From an uncultured Bacilli bacterium (GTDB lineage: Bacteria; Bacillota_I; Bacilli_A; RF39; UBA660), in the NCBI GenBank assembly GCA_944358535.1, contig CALVRH010000001.1, forward strand, positions 23,708-87,707: a stretch of DNA of 64,000 nt. Direction: 5' to 3'. Position numbers and translations under genes: made by a program. The notes under the pieces were generated by a model. It ran no database searches, had not been told where the DNA came from, and saw nothing but the letters and a program-made list of their open reading frames with translations. Shown here piece by piece: positions 40,993 through 50,842 of this stretch (position 1 is the stretch's first letter; every line of letters begins with the position of its first letter).

Positions 40993-42324
40993 CTAGTTTT
41001 CGCTAGACTTATCGTTTTTTTCGTCATGTTTTTCATGATATTTATTTATATAATCTTGTTCAAAGGAAATTAAATCATTTGGACTCATAAATAGTAATAC
41101 TGAATTTTCATAATTTAATAATTTATCTATTTCATCTTCTCCAATATGTTCAGCATTTGGAATTGCTTTAATGATGTCATTGATATCAATTTCGTGTTCG
41201 TCGTTTTCTCTTGCTCCATATATATCCATAACATAAGCTTTATCAACGGTTTTTAATATTTCAATGTATTCGTCTTTAAATGCTTTAGTTCTAGAGTATG
41301 TATGCGGGCCCCAAATAACAACTAGTTTTTTATCTGGGTATTTTTGTCTTGCAGATTTAATTGTACATTTAAGTTCTGTTGGATGATGAGCGTAATCATC
41401 TATTACGACGTTTGTTCCAACTTCTGTTTCGTTAAATCTTCTTCTAGCGGCATGAAATTCTTTTAGAATTTTAGAAACTTCTTTAGCATCAAATCTTTCA
41501 TAATAACAAAGACTAATTACAGCTAAAGCGTCTAAAAGCATGTGTTTGCCATAAAGTGGTAAGTCAAAGTGTCCATAATAGTTATCTTCGACGAAGACAT
41601 CAAAGGTTACGCCATTTTCAGTATATTCAACATCTTTAGCAATGATATCATTATCATCATCTAGTCCGTAATAGAAAATTGGTTTATTGATTTCTAGGCT
41701 ATGGGTATAAGGATCATCACCACATGCGATAACCATTTTTTCAGCATTGTTGGCATATTCAGTGAAAGCATCGATGACATCATCAATATCTTTATAATAG
41801 TCAACATGATCTAGTTCGATATTGGTAATTATGGCATAATAAGGTATATATTCTAGAAAATGCCTTTTATATTCACAGGCTTCTAGGACAAAGTATTTAT
41901 TTTCTTTATTTGCGATACCTGTACCATCGCCAATTAGACAATTAGCTCCTTTCAAAGCGTTTAGTACCTGATAGGCCATGGTAGATGTGGTTGTTTTTCC
42001 ATGACATCCAGCTACGGTTATTGTCATAAACATTTTGGTTAGCTTAGCTATCATTTCTTCATATGTATAAATTTTTAAATTTAGTTCATTTGCTTTAACG
42101 AGTTCTGGATGATCATCTTTTATGACATTACCTTTTATGATAACCATATCTTTTGTTATGTTTCTTTCATTATAAGGTAATATTTCGATATTTCTTTCAT
42201 TTAGGCCTTTTTCAGTGAAGAAATGTCTTTCGACATCGCTACCTTTAATTTCGTAACCAAGGTCATTCAAGAAGCAAGCTAGAGCACTCATGCCAGTTCC
42301 TTTTATTCCAATAAAATAATACAT
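40993..42324 (-). CDS. murC: UDP-N-acetylmuramate--L-alanine ligase
   Basis: 443 aa: MYYFIGIKGTGMSALA (Mur ligase N-domain), ...VAGCHGKTTTSTM... ATP-binding, ...DDYAHHPTE... C-domain. Confidence 0.9.
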   Translation of the reverse strand: MYYFIGIKGTGMSALACFLNDLGYEIKGSDVERHFFTEKGLNERNIEILPYNERNITKDMVIIKGNVIKDDHPELVKANELNLKIYTYEEMIAKLTKMFMTITVAGCHGKTTTSTMAYQVLNALKGANCLIGDGTGIANKENKYFVLEACEYKRHFLEYIPYYAIITNIELDHVDYYKDIDDVIDAFTEYANNAEKMVIACGDDPYTHSLEINKPIFYYGLDDDNDIIAKDVEYTENGVTFDVFVEDNYYGHFDLPLYGKHMLLDALAVISLCYYERFDAKEVSKILKEFHAARRRFNETEVGTNVVIDDYAHHPTELKCTIKSARQKYPDKKLVVIWGPHTYSRTKAFKDEYIEILKTVDKAYVMDIYGARENDEHEIDINDIIKAIPNAEHIGEDEIDKLLNYENSVLLFMSPNDLISFEQDYINKYHEKHDEKNDKSSEN

Positions 42325-42335
42325 TGATGTTCCCC

Positions 42336-43037
42336 CTAACTAATAAATTCAATCAAATATGGTCCAAGTATTAAAACTAAAATTAATGGAACAATAAATA
42401 GCACTGAGATGATACTAACTTTATTTGGAATTTTGTTTATTTGTTCTTTAGTGGTTAGAACTTCTTTATCCCTTAAAAAATCTACTTCATTATAAAGGGT
42501 ATCTAAAATGCTATTTCCAAATCTATTTGTTTGAATTATATTTAATATTATGTTATTAATAATATCTGATGATATACGGTTTTTTAAATCACTAAGTGCT
42601 TCAATTAATGATTTTCCATAATTCATTTCTTCTAGAGCCTCTTTAAATTCTTTAGAAATTTCTGAATCGACATTTTCACAAGTAACTTTTAAAGCGTTTT
42701 CTAGGTTACGCCCGGATTCTAAAGTTAGTGTTAGAATTTCAAAGAAGTATAGAGCTTGATGTTCTAAACGTCTATTCCGTATTTTTAGTTTTTTAGTTAT
42801 ATTTATGTAATAGAACAGATAGTAACAAGCAATGGCAACAAATGGGGCATAAATATAACCCATGTCTGTGATTAGTATTATTAAGATAAACGATATAACT
42901 GTGATTGTTAATCTTGAAAGGCAGAAGGTTGTGACAGTGTATTTTGTATCGCTACCTAGACATTTTAATTTGGTTTCAATTTCGTTTAGTTCCTTTTTGC
43001 TATATATTTTTTCAATGAATTTGGTTTGCTCTACCAT
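42336..43037 (-). CDS. Tad/Flp pilus assembly membrane protein, TadC-like (T2SSF domain)
   Basis: 233 aa. Two N-terminal TM helices, a central helical T2SSF-like segment, C-terminal TM. 1-nt overlap with the upstream TadB-like gene. Confidence 0.55.
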   Translation of the reverse strand: MVEQTKFIEKIYSKKELNEIETKLKCLGSDTKYTVTTFCLSRLTITVISFILIILITDMGYIYAPFVAIACYYLFYYINITKKLKIRNRRLEHQALYFFEILTLTLESGRNLENALKVTCENVDSEISKEFKEALEEMNYGKSLIEALSDLKNRISSDIINNIILNIIQTNRFGNSILDTLYNEVDFLRDKEVLTTKEQINKIPNKVSIISVLFIVPLILVLILGPYLIEFIS

Positions 43038-44530
43038 TAAATCACCACCTTCATTACTTTACGAACTACTACCACAAAAATTATATAGTAAATTATCATA
43101 AATATCAAGAGGATACGTCCAATATCGGTAGTGATAAATGGTAAAAAGTAACCTGGATTTATTAAACTAATGACTAAGACGAAGAAAAATGGAATTCCAA
43201 GTAATACATAAACGATGATTCGACTACCACTAGTTAAACTTTTTAATTCTAATCTAAGTTTACGTTTATCGAAAAGATTTCTTTCGATTGATGTAAATAC
43301 TTTGATGATATCACCACCGGTTTTATTTAAAATTGTTAAAGAGGCGGTTAAGTAAGTTGCTTCTTCTAATTTTACTCTTTCGGAAAATCGTTTGAATACT
43401 TTGCCAATATCGAGTCCATATAATAATTCTAAATTCATTCTTTTGAATTCTGCGCCTATTGTTCCACCTACTTCAGTAGAGACTATTTCGATGGCTTGGG
43501 TAATACTTCTTCCGGATTTAAAGGAGTTATTCATGATGGTGATAGCTGCAATAAAATCGCTTTCTAGATTAATTCTAAAGACTTTATACTTAGCAAATAA
43601 GTATATATCTAGAACAAAAAATCCTAAAACAAAGATGCTTAATGTTTCTGCACTACTTAATAATTTAAATTGAAAGGCTTTAATAATGATGGCTAAAAGT
43701 GTTAAAAGACAGGCGACGATTATTTTTCCACTTAAAATGTCAAATCCAGTTTTATGAGTTTTACTGACAACAGTATATTTTTCTAATTTTTTAGCATATT
43801 TTGTGGCAACTTCTGATTTTTTTAGTTTATTATTAAACATTTCGAGATATTTTCTATATAGCCTTTTTAATTTTTCTGAAGTGCTTAAGGTATCATTTTT
43901 TAATGGTTTTATGACATATGGTTCTAATCTTTCTTCTAGTTTTACTACTTTAAATAATTTGATCACTCTAATAATTAATAAGAAGATGATAAGAAAACAA
44001 ATTATTTGAATAAAGTAAATTGAGGTACTATGAGGTTCAATATATATATTGGCATTTTTGGTAGAAGTATTGCCGGCTTCATCTTGGACTGTACAGGTAT
44101 ATGTATAACTTCCTGTTTTGTTTAATGATAATTCATTAATATTGCTTTGAATTTTATTGGTTAAATTTCCATCATAGTTATCAGTGGCTGTACATGATAT
44201 TAGATTTTTATCGTTTGTTGGGGTGGTTTTAATTTCATCTGATGAAATGTTTATTTGTGGGGCTTCTTTATCTATAATATATTGACCACTATTTATAATA
44301 TCCGCTGCTTCATTTATTAAGTTTACTTGAACAGCTATTTTATAGATTCCTGTTTCGGTTAATTGAATAGTGGCATTAGTGGCTTCAGAAATTTCAGTTT
44401 GACTAATTAAAATATCATTTTTGTAAATTTGATAAGTATAAGAGATGACGTTTTGAGATGGTGAAAAAACGACAGTTATATCATGATTTACGGGTTTTTC
44501 TATGCTTTCAATATCGAATTTTCCATTCAT
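43037..44530 (-). CDS. TadB-like pilus assembly membrane protein with N-terminal Ig-like extracellular domains
   Basis: 497 aa. N-terminal ~170 aa has Ig-like repeats (..TATDNYDGNLTNKI.. resembling the DUF5011 repeats of 9068..10477), then TM. T2SSF-type segment ...GRSITQAIEIVSTEVGGTIGAEFKRMNLELLYGLDIGKVFKRFSERV..., two C-terminal TM helices. Confidence 0.55.
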   Translation of the reverse strand: MNGKFDIESIEKPVNHDITVVFSPSQNVISYTYQIYKNDILISQTEISEATNATIQLTETGIYKIAVQVNLINEAADIINSGQYIIDKEAPQINISSDEIKTTPTNDKNLISCTATDNYDGNLTNKIQSNINELSLNKTGSYTYTCTVQDEAGNTSTKNANIYIEPHSTSIYFIQIICFLIIFLLIIRVIKLFKVVKLEERLEPYVIKPLKNDTLSTSEKLKRLYRKYLEMFNNKLKKSEVATKYAKKLEKYTVVSKTHKTGFDILSGKIIVACLLTLLAIIIKAFQFKLLSSAETLSIFVLGFFVLDIYLFAKYKVFRINLESDFIAAITIMNNSFKSGRSITQAIEIVSTEVGGTIGAEFKRMNLELLYGLDIGKVFKRFSERVKLEEATYLTASLTILNKTGGDIIKVFTSIERNLFDKRKLRLELKSLTSGSRIIVYVLLGIPFFFVLVISLINPGYFLPFITTDIGRILLIFMIIYYIIFVVVVRKVMKVVI

Positions 44531-44545
44531 CTTAAGTCATCTCCT

Positions 44546-45874
44546 TTACTCTCCAAAGATATCTTTTAAATCATCAATACCTTTGGCTTTTATTTTTTGA
44601 TATACTTTAGGGATGTATTTGTGGAGTAAGAATTCTCCATCAACATCACCATTTGGTAAAACACCGGTTTGTCTAAATTTGAAAATTTCTTTTTGTTTTA
44701 TTTCTCCGTTTTCCATACCAATTATTTCATTAATACTACTAACTCTTCTACGTCCATCAGATAGTCTTTTGACTTGAACGACGATTTGGATGGCACTTTC
44801 AATGTATTCTCTAATAGCTGTTACTGGTATTTCGACACCGTTCATTAGGACCATGGTTTCCAATCTATTTAAAGCATCAGTAGGACCATTGGCATGCATG
44901 GTTGTCATACTTCCTTCGTGTCCTGTATTCATGGCTTGAAGCATGTCAAAAGCTTCTTTTCCCCTAACTTCTCCAACGATTATTCTATCTGGCCTCATTC
45001 TAAGTGAGTTAATGACTAAGTCCCTAATTGTAATGGCACCTTCTCCTTCATAATTGGTGGTTCTAGTTTCTAATGATATAACATGTTCTTGTTTTAATTT
45101 TAATTCAGCTGCGTCTTCAATAGTGATAATACGGTCATTTGGATCACAGAATGATGATAAAACGTTTAATAATGTTGTTTTACCGGCACCTGTTCCACCT
45201 ACTACTAGGATGTTTAATTTAGCATGAACACAAGCTTCTAAGAATCTTGCCATATAAGGGGTTAGGGTTCCAGTTCTTAGTAAGTCTTCAATGTTGGCAA
45301 GTTCACTTTTGAATTTTCTTATTGTAACTACTGGACCATTTAAGGAAAGTGGTGGCAAGATAGCATTTAGTCTTGATCCATCTTCTAGTCTTGCATCGAC
45401 CATTGGATGAGCGATGTCGATTGTTTTTCCGATTGGTTGGATTAATCTTTGAACTACTCTGACTATATGATCATCGTTAATAAAACTGACACTATCGTCT
45501 TTAATAACTTTACCGTCTAATTCTATGTATATTTCGTTTGGAGAATTAACCATGATTTCTGTTAGTTCTTTATCTTTTAAAAGTTCGGTTAGGGGTCCAT
45601 ATCCGTTTACTTCATTATCGATTAAGTTATATATATAACTACGTTCTTCGTTGGTTAAATCATAACCTTCGATGGATTTATCGATTTCGTCTTTGATAAA
45701 GTCTTTCATGTCTTCGTTTGTTTTATTTTTATTATCAATGATATTCTGAATAATTTTATTTCTGAGTTCGTCTAGTAAAATTTTATTTGGAAATTCATCA
45801 TAATCATCGATTTCTTTTACAATTTGAGACTCATTTGTTTGGGCGAATTCATCAACAAAGCGTTTAGTTTCCAT
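44546..45874 (-). CDS. CpaF/TadA-family pilus assembly ATPase (VirB11-like)
   Basis: 442 aa. Walker A VVGGTGAGKTTLLNVL, Asp box, ...RPDRIIVGEVRG... Walker B/His box region typical of CpaF. Confidence 0.85.
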   Translation of the reverse strand: METKRFVDEFAQTNESQIVKEIDDYDEFPNKILLDELRNKIIQNIIDNKNKTNEDMKDFIKDEIDKSIEGYDLTNEERSYIYNLIDNEVNGYGPLTELLKDKELTEIMVNSPNEIYIELDGKVIKDDSVSFINDDHIVRVVQRLIQPIGKTIDIAHPMVDARLEDGSRLNAILPPLSLNGPVVTIRKFKSELANIEDLLRTGTLTPYMARFLEACVHAKLNILVVGGTGAGKTTLLNVLSSFCDPNDRIITIEDAAELKLKQEHVISLETRTTNYEGEGAITIRDLVINSLRMRPDRIIVGEVRGKEAFDMLQAMNTGHEGSMTTMHANGPTDALNRLETMVLMNGVEIPVTAIREYIESAIQIVVQVKRLSDGRRRVSSINEIIGMENGEIKQKEIFKFRQTGVLPNGDVDGEFLLHKYIPKVYQKIKAKGIDDLKDIFGE

Positions 45875-45886
45875 GGTTTTCCTCCT

Positions 45887-46627
45887 TTATTTTAGGATTT
45901 TATCTAATAGGTTTGTGAGTGTTAAAGTGGTTTTATCTTTTTGATAATTTTTTTCTAAGGTAATAATTTTGCCTTCCATTAATAGGTTTCGCATGTTTTT
46001 AATGTAAGAATTTGCTGGCAAAATATAGTTAATTTCTTTTTCTAAGAATGATGTTACTTCATATAGGCTAATATGATCTTTGGAAAGGGCGTCATTTAAA
46101 ACGATGGTGTATTTAGTTAGTTTCATGTCTTTGTAGATTGCTAACATGGTTTTCATATTTTTTAAATCCATGAGGTCGCTTGTTATTATGTAAATTATAT
46201 AATCACTATTATCAAAAGTTACTAGGTTTATGTTATCAATTATATGGTTAGTATCTATTAAAATAACATCATATTTATATTTTAGTTTTTTTATTAGAAT
46301 GTCTATATATTGAGAACTGATTTTTCCGACTTGTCTAGGGTCTTTAGGTGCTGAAAGAACATCAATATAGTCATTATATTTAACGATATATTCATCTAAA
46401 TCTTTTAGCCCATGATTCATATAGTCATTAATTAAAGTATAGATATCTTTATTTACTTTTAGATTTAATGAGGCCGCAATAACTCCTGAATGCAGATCCA
46501 TATCAAGAATTATGGTTTTTAATTTTTTGTTTGATAGTATTCCTGCAAGTGATAAGGCGACGGTGCTTTTTCCTGTTCCGCCTTTAACTGATGTTACAGT
46601 GATTACTTTTGCTTGTTTTATGGCCAT
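45887..46627 (-). CDS. ParA/MinD-like ATPase, probable TadZ/CpaE pilus localisation protein
   Basis: 246 aa. Deviant Walker A VTSVKGGTGKSTVA. Located between TadE-like and CpaF genes as in tad loci. Confidence 0.55.
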   Translation of the reverse strand: MAIKQAKVITVTSVKGGTGKSTVALSLAGILSNKKLKTIILDMDLHSGVIAASLNLKVNKDIYTLINDYMNHGLKDLDEYIVKYNDYIDVLSAPKDPRQVGKISSQYIDILIKKLKYKYDVILIDTNHIIDNINLVTFDNSDYIIYIITSDLMDLKNMKTMLAIYKDMKLTKYTIVLNDALSKDHISLYEVTSFLEKEINYILPANSYIKNMRNLLMEGKIITLEKNYQKDKTTLTLTNLLDKILK

Positions 46628-46636
46628 TTTATCCCT

Positions 46637-47008
46637 CTATTCTTTTTTGATAATTATTTGATTGTTTTCTTTATATCCAATATAGGTTAAATCAATGTCA
46701 AATTTATTATTAAAGATACTATTATATAAAGTGTTATATTTTTGTTTAACATTTATTTTAATATAGTTATTTATTTCTATGTTAATATCACCTTTAACGT
46801 TAGCTTTTAATAAGTTTGTTAAAATTAGTTCAAGATTATTTTCTTCTTGATGATTTAGACCATATTCAATGGTGTCTTTAATAGCTGTTTCATATTTGTT
46901 TATTGTTATTTGTAGATTTCCTATTTCCCAGATTAAAGCGATTAATAATAGTAAAATGGGGAGAACTAAGACGAATATTACTAGAGTTTGACCTTTGTTA
47001 TTCACCAT
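46637..47008 (-). CDS. TadE/TadG-like pseudopilin
   Basis: 123 aa: MVNNKGQTLVIFVLVLPILLLLIALIWEIG (TadE-like N-terminal segment). AGGAGGG RBS. Confidence 0.55.
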   Translation of the reverse strand: MVNNKGQTLVIFVLVLPILLLLIALIWEIGNLQITINKYETAIKDTIEYGLNHQEENNLELILTNLLKANVKGDINIEINNYIKINVKQKYNTLYNSIFNNKFDIDLTYIGYKENNQIIIKKE

Positions 47009-47354
47009 TAAGCCCTCCTAGGTCTTCATAGATGACTTTGGATGAGGTAACTTCATAGTTTTCGCCTAAAATACTAGATAGTATTGGGGCATTTATTTCG
47101 ATATGTTTTTTTATGGTTAAGGTAGTCATTCCATTTTGGGTTTTATCATCTAATGTGAGGTTTTCGTTAGCGAGATATGTCCCTAAGTTTTTTAAATCAC
47201 TATTTTGATATAAATTTGTTACTGTGTCTAAGTCATTATTTAAAGTGTATTTTGTCAAAAAAATATTACCAATATCGATTATTGCCATGAGTATTAATAG
47301 CAAAACTGGTAATATAAGTATGAATTCTACTAATGCTTGCCCCTTTTTATTCAT
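46998..47354 (-). CDS. TadE/TadG-like pseudopilin
   Basis: ORF to 47408 trimmed to ATG at 47354: MNKKGQALVEFILILPVLLLILMAIIDIGN (TadE-like). Confidence 0.5.
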   Translation of the reverse strand: MNKKGQALVEFILILPVLLLILMAIIDIGNIFLTKYTLNNDLDTVTNLYQNSDLKNLGTYLANENLTLDDKTQNGMTTLTIKKHIEINAPILSSILGENYEVTSSKVIYEDLGGLNGE

Positions 47355-47442
47355 ATTATCACGCTTTCCTATTATATAAATTATATCAAAAAATAAATGC
47401 AATAACAATAATTTGAAATATATTTTATATGATTAGACGCAA

Positions 47443-47470
47443 AAGAAACATTATTTTAATGTTTCTTTTA
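47443..47470 (-). terminator. Rho-independent terminator downstream of mutS
   Basis: aaagaaacatta-tttt-aatgtttcttt inverted repeat with flanking A/T runs. Confidence 0.6.
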
Positions 47471-47596
47471 AGCCTAAATACACTTTTAAAATAATATATG
47501 TTATGGCTATTTCTTGACGTACTATTAAGTGTATCACATTTTTTTTAACATGTATATATGTTTTTTTTAATTGATTTTATTTAATGTAAAAATGTG

Positions 47597-50134
47597 TTAA
47601 ATATTTTTTAATTTATATAAGATGTTTAGAGCTTCTATAGGAGTAAGTTCTAGTGGATCAATTTTTTCTAATTCTTCTTCAACTTTTGATTTTTTAGGCA
47701 TTAATTCATCGATTGGTAAGGCTTCTTGTACTTTGATATCGCGTTTTTTTTCTTTGTCTTCGTAGACTTGCAATATTTCTGAGGCTCTTTTTATTACGGA
47801 GTCTGGAAGGTTTGCAAGTTTAGCAACATGAATACCATAACTTTTATCGACACTGCCTTCTTTTATTTTATGAAGGAAGGTTATTTTTCCTTCTTCTTCA
47901 TAAGCACTGACATGAATGTTTTTTAAGTGTTTTAGATTTTTATCTAAATCAGTCAGTTCGTGATAATGGGTTGAGAAAAATGTTTTACCTTTTATATTTT
48001 GATGAATATATTCGATGATTCCTTGAGCGAGGGCCATCCCATCAAATGTTGCTGTTCCTCTACCAAGTTCGTCGAATAAAAGTAAGCTTTTATCTGTAGC
48101 ACTAGTGATGGCAGTAGCTGCTTCGGTCATTTCAACCATGAAGGTTGATTCTCCACTGACTAGGTCATCTGAGGCCCCAATTCTCGTATAGATGGCGTCA
48201 AAAATTGGAAGTTTTGCTTCTTGGGCTGGTACAAATGAGCCTATTTGGGCCATGATAGCTATGATGGCCATTTGCCGCATATATGTTGATTTACCGGCCA
48301 TGTTAGGGCCTGTTATTAATAGAATATTAGTGTTTTTATCCATGATGATGTCATTTGATACGAATTCACTTTTAATGACTTTTTCGACAACTGGGTGGCG
48401 AGAGTCTTTAATGTATATTTCATTTTCAGTTATTGCTGGCCTTACATAGTTATTTTCTTCAGCGATGGTGGCAAATGAGGCCAAAACATCAATTTCACTA
48501 ATTATTTTAGCGGTTTCTTGAAGTTTTGGAATATATTTTTTTACTTCATCTCTAATTTCGCAAAACAAGTTATATTCTAGTTCAATAATTTTTTCTTCGG
48601 CGTTTAAGATTAAGGCTTCTTTTTCTTTTAAAACAGGACTTATATATCTTTCGCAGTTAGTTAGAGTTTGTTTTCTTTGATAACCCCATTCATCTTTAAC
48701 TAAGTTTGTATTACCTTTACTTATTTCAATATAATAACCAAAGACACGATTATAGCCAACTTTTAGGTTTTTAATGCCTGTTTTTTCTCTTTCATCATGT
48801 TCAAATTTGGCGACAAAGTCTTTACCACCTTTTCTTAAGTTTTTAAGTTCATCTAGTTCAACATTATATCCATCTTTGATTAGATAACCTTCTTTAGTGG
48901 TTATTGGTGGATTTTCATAGATGCTGTTTTCTAGCAGGCCATATAGTTTACTAAAATCATATAATGGTTTATGGTAGTTTATTTTGATTAAGATTTCTGA
49001 TATTTTTGGGAAAACTTTAAGGGATGATTTTAATTGAAGCAAATCTTTTCCATTGGCATTACCAAAGGCAATTTTACCGCTTAGTCTTTCAAGGTCATAG
49101 ACTTCTGTTAAGTATTTTTCAAGGTCACTTTTTAAGATGAATTCTTTGAGTAAGGTGTCTACTGTGTCATATCTTTTTTCAATTTCCTTTTTATCGACTA
49201 ATGGGTTTAGCAAATATGTTTTTAATAGTCTAGCTCCCATGGCAGTTTTGGTTTTATCTAAAAGCCAAATTAATGAATAGTTTCTTTGTTTTAGTCTTAA
49301 TGTTTCGACTAGTTCTAGGTTTCTTTTAGTATGAACGTCCATTCTTAAGTGATCTTTAGTTTCTTTGATTTCAAGTTTCTTTAGATGATCTAGACTACGC
49401 TTTTGATTATGAATAATATAAGCTAGTAAATGTTTTACGGAATTTATATATCTTTGGTCGATGATGTCTTCATATATGTTAGAGTATTCATCTGAAAGTT
49501 CATCTGTAATTGTAACTGTTATATGAAATTGATTTTTTAAAATAGAATAAACATTTTTGTCGGTTTTGCTATCTAAAATAACTTCTTTAACGCCAAGATT
49601 GATGACTTCAGAAATTAGTTTGGTTTGGTTATGTTCTAGTAAAAAAGCATAAATTTCGCCGGTTGAGACATCAGCATAACTAACAGCATAACCATGTTTA
49701 AAATCAGTAATAGATGCTATGAAGTTAAAATCATCAGCTTTTAGTGTGTCGGTGTCCATGATTGTTCCTGAACTAATGATTTGTATAATACCTCTTTTAA
49801 CGATTCCTTTGGCACTTTTTGGATCTTCTAATTGTTCGACAATACCTATTTTATGACCGTTTGCGATTAGTTTGTCAATATAAGAGCTGGCAGCATGATA
49901 AGGAATACCACACATGGGTATTCTTTCATCTAGACCGGCTGATTTACCTGTTAAAGTAAGTTCTAGTTCGTGACTGACTTTTTCAGCGTCATCAAAAAAC
50001 ATTTCGTAAAAATCACCTAATCTAAAAAATATAATTAGGTCTTCGTTTTCGTTTTTTATTTCTAAATATTGCCTCATCATTGGGGTTACTTTATTTATAT
50101 CTACGTCTTTTCTTTCCAATGCTATCACTTCCAT
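47597..50134 (-). CDS. mutS: DNA mismatch repair protein MutS
   Basis: Start trimmed to ATG at 50134 (MEVIALERKD...MMRQYLEIKNENEDLIIFFRLGDFYEMFFDDA mismatch-binding domain). Walker A GPNMAGKST and ...STFMVEM..., C-terminal dimerisation region. Confidence 0.9.
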   Translation of the reverse strand: MEVIALERKDVDINKVTPMMRQYLEIKNENEDLIIFFRLGDFYEMFFDDAEKVSHELELTLTGKSAGLDERIPMCGIPYHAASSYIDKLIANGHKIGIVEQLEDPKSAKGIVKRGIIQIISSGTIMDTDTLKADDFNFIASITDFKHGYAVSYADVSTGEIYAFLLEHNQTKLISEVINLGVKEVILDSKTDKNVYSILKNQFHITVTITDELSDEYSNIYEDIIDQRYINSVKHLLAYIIHNQKRSLDHLKKLEIKETKDHLRMDVHTKRNLELVETLRLKQRNYSLIWLLDKTKTAMGARLLKTYLLNPLVDKKEIEKRYDTVDTLLKEFILKSDLEKYLTEVYDLERLSGKIAFGNANGKDLLQLKSSLKVFPKISEILIKINYHKPLYDFSKLYGLLENSIYENPPITTKEGYLIKDGYNVELDELKNLRKGGKDFVAKFEHDEREKTGIKNLKVGYNRVFGYYIEISKGNTNLVKDEWGYQRKQTLTNCERYISPVLKEKEALILNAEEKIIELEYNLFCEIRDEVKKYIPKLQETAKIISEIDVLASFATIAEENNYVRPAITENEIYIKDSRHPVVEKVIKSEFVSNDIIMDKNTNILLITGPNMAGKSTYMRQMAIIAIMAQIGSFVPAQEAKLPIFDAIYTRIGASDDLVSGESTFMVEMTEAATAITSATDKSLLLFDELGRGTATFDGMALAQGIIEYIHQNIKGKTFFSTHYHELTDLDKNLKHLKNIHVSAYEEEGKITFLHKIKEGSVDKSYGIHVAKLANLPDSVIKRASEILQVYEDKEKKRDIKVQEALPIDELMPKKSKVEEELEKIDPLELTPIEALNILYKLKNI

Positions 50135-50459
50135 TTTTTTGGTTATATTATAACATTTCGTTTTTTCATTTTCAAGAATCTTACAAGTGACAGCATGAAA
50201 AAATCTCTTGTTTGAACAAAATGCCAAAATAAATTTTGTTTGTAATTATCTCACGGTGGGCTTTTCGCTTTTCATAAGAATCTTAGAATTTTCCATAGAC
50301 TATCACTATTGCAACAACTATATCACGAATAGTTATATTTACAAATAGTTTTAATTAACATTTTCGTGCTATTTGAAAAATACACTTTATATATGAACAA
50401 AATTGTTAAAAACAATATCAAAAAATACTGAAATTTTTAATGTTCAGCATTTTTTAAAA

Positions 50460-50840
50460 TTTGAATATCTTCTTTTGTTAGACCTGTAATTTCTGAAATA
50501 TCTTCTATGTTCATTTTCTTTTTAAGCATATTTTTTGCTCATTCAAGTTCATTATGTTTAACTAAAGCATCCATCTTATCTTTCTGCCATTCATGAATAA
50601 TAAACTCATATTGATAACCGCCTCCATTAATTTTTGTGCTTTCTTTTCATCAAGTACTTTTTTAGCTAGTTTATATAACTAACTAAATGTTTCTGCTATA
50701 AGTAATGTATGCCTATTTGAATTATATATCCTATGAGTCTTTAATCTAGTATTACTCAATATACTACTCAAAAATAAATTTTTTGCCCAGTTATCAAACT
50801 CAAGCAGGAGTTTGCAAAAATGTTCTACCTACTATTTTAT
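50460..50840 (-). pseudogene. Decayed remnant resembling the C-terminus of an Rpn/YhgA-like (transposase_31, PD-(D/E)XK) recombination-promoting nuclease
   Basis: Minus-strand reading gives ...EWQKDKMDALVKHNELE*AKNMLKKKMNIEDISEITGLTKEDIQILKNAEH* plus frame-shifted upstream pieces (LAKKVLDEKKAQKLMEAVINMS...). The ...IEDISEITGLTKEDIQIL... tail is typical of that family. Multiple stops and frameshifts. Confidence 0.3.
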
Positions 50841-50842
50841 AC

